In this document: positions 31,283 through 32,000 of the stretch, in pieces
Position numbering within the stretch: position 1 is the first letter of the stretch
Layout of the letters: each line of letters begins with the position of its first letter
Assembly (NCBI RefSeq): GCF_042660085.1
Contig: NZ_JBHSTI010000008.1
Span: 720,001-752,000, forward strand
Direction of reading: 5' to 3'
Source of the DNA: Longivirga aurantiaca
GTDB lineage: Bacteria; Actinomycetota; Actinomycetes; S36-B12; CAIYMF01
Length of the DNA stretch: 32,000 nucleotides
Position numbers and translations under genes: made by a program
Notes under the pieces: generated by a model
Seen by the model: only the letters and a program-made list of their open reading frames with translations
Told to the model about the DNA's origin: nothing
The model's database searches: none

Positions 31283-31912
31283 TCAGGCGGTGTGCGGCCC
31301 GATGCCGAGCGCACCGATCACAGTGCGCGTGAGCGTCTCGACGAACGCGTCGTCGACATCCTCCCCGCGCACGAGCATGCGGTGCAGCAGGGTGCCGGCG
31401 AGGACGTCGAAGAGCAGGTCGGCCTGGGTGTCGGCTGCCGCAGCGTCGATATCCCCGCGCTCGACGCCCATCGCGAGCCGCTCGGCGATCATCGTGCGGG
31501 CGGGCCCGAGCACCTGGACGTCGACCGCACGCCGCAGGTCGGCGTCGCGGCCGGTCTCGGCGAGCACCGCGAGGTAGGCGGCGCGGGCTGCCGGGAGCCG
31601 GTAGACGTCGGCGGTCGCGAGGATCGAGCGGCGCACCTGCTCCTCCGGCGCGCAGTCCGGGTCGATCGGCACCATCGCGGCCTCGACGAGCTGCGCCACC
31701 GCCGCCACCGCGAGGTCGGTGCGCGAGGAGAAGCGGCGGTAGACGGTCGTCTTGGCCACGCCTGCGCGGGCGGCGACGCCCTCGATCGTCAGCGCCGCCC
31801 AGCCGTGCTCGGCCAGGAGCTCGCGGGTGGCGTCGAGGATCGCGGCATCGGCCTCGGACGACCGCGGCCGACCGCGCGGCGGCGCGGTGGCGGGGGAGGG
31901 CGATGCGTTCAT
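31283..31912 (-). CDS. TetR/AcrR-family transcriptional regulator
   Basis: N-terminal HTH ILDATRELLAEHGWAALTIEGVAARAGVAKTTVYRRFSSRTDL. Confidence 0.94.
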   Translation of the reverse strand: MNASPSPATAPPRGRPRSSEADAAILDATRELLAEHGWAALTIEGVAARAGVAKTTVYRRFSSRTDLAVAAVAQLVEAAMVPIDPDCAPEEQVRRSILATADVYRLPAARAAYLAVLAETGRDADLRRAVDVQVLGPARTMIAERLAMGVERGDIDAAAADTQADLLFDVLAGTLLHRMLVRGEDVDDAFVETLTRTVIGALGIGPHTA

Positions 31913-31974
31913 CGGGCCGAGCCTCCCACGGACGTGCGGTCGCCGTTCAGGTGGACACAGCGATGGTTTATAGA

Positions 31975-31990
31975 TACGCTACGAAGCGTA
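31975..31990. promoter_or_regulatory. Candidate TetR operator
   Basis: Inverted repeat TACGCT-ACGA-AGCGTA in a local AT-rich patch 63 nt upstream of the tetR start codon. Confidence 0.6.
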
Positions 31991-32000
31991 GTGATAGTCC

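Overview
This is a high-GC actinobacterial chromosomal window made up mostly of conserved core genes. From left to right it contains: the F1Fo ATP synthase operon (atpB partial, then atpE-F-H-A-G-D-C); a PduO-type cobalamin adenosyltransferase; murA; a DUF2007-like protein; an (S)-3-hydroxybutyryl-CoA dehydrogenase; a MeaA/ethylmalonyl-CoA mutase-type B12 mutase; a histidine phosphatase; a universal stress protein; a secreted-then-membrane Vps62-like protein; an ABC exporter with a histidine kinase/response regulator pair; nucS; an internally duplicated 3-hydroxyacyl-CoA dehydrogenase; a small Zn-binding protein; an alpha/beta hydrolase-SDR-hydrolase group; crotonyl-CoA carboxylase/reductase; methylmalonyl/ethylmalonyl-CoA epimerase; thiolase; meaB; a fused UreA-UreB gene; a UreC-like protein; and a TetR regulator. 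No CRISPR array, mobile element, tRNA or rRNA was recognised. The most interesting items are (1) a divergent urease-like UreAB/UreC pair with no accessory genes next to it, which keeps the metal ligands but has altered flap and second-shell motifs; (2) a broken-up ethylmalonyl-CoA pathway neighbourhood centred on a divergent promoter with a perfect 14-bp palindrome; (3) a Vps62-like ectodomain fused to a polytopic membrane domain; and (4) a tandemly duplicated 3-hydroxyacyl-CoA dehydrogenase next to nucS. I did not find convincing evidence for a wholly new system. Family calls come from reading motifs without any database search.
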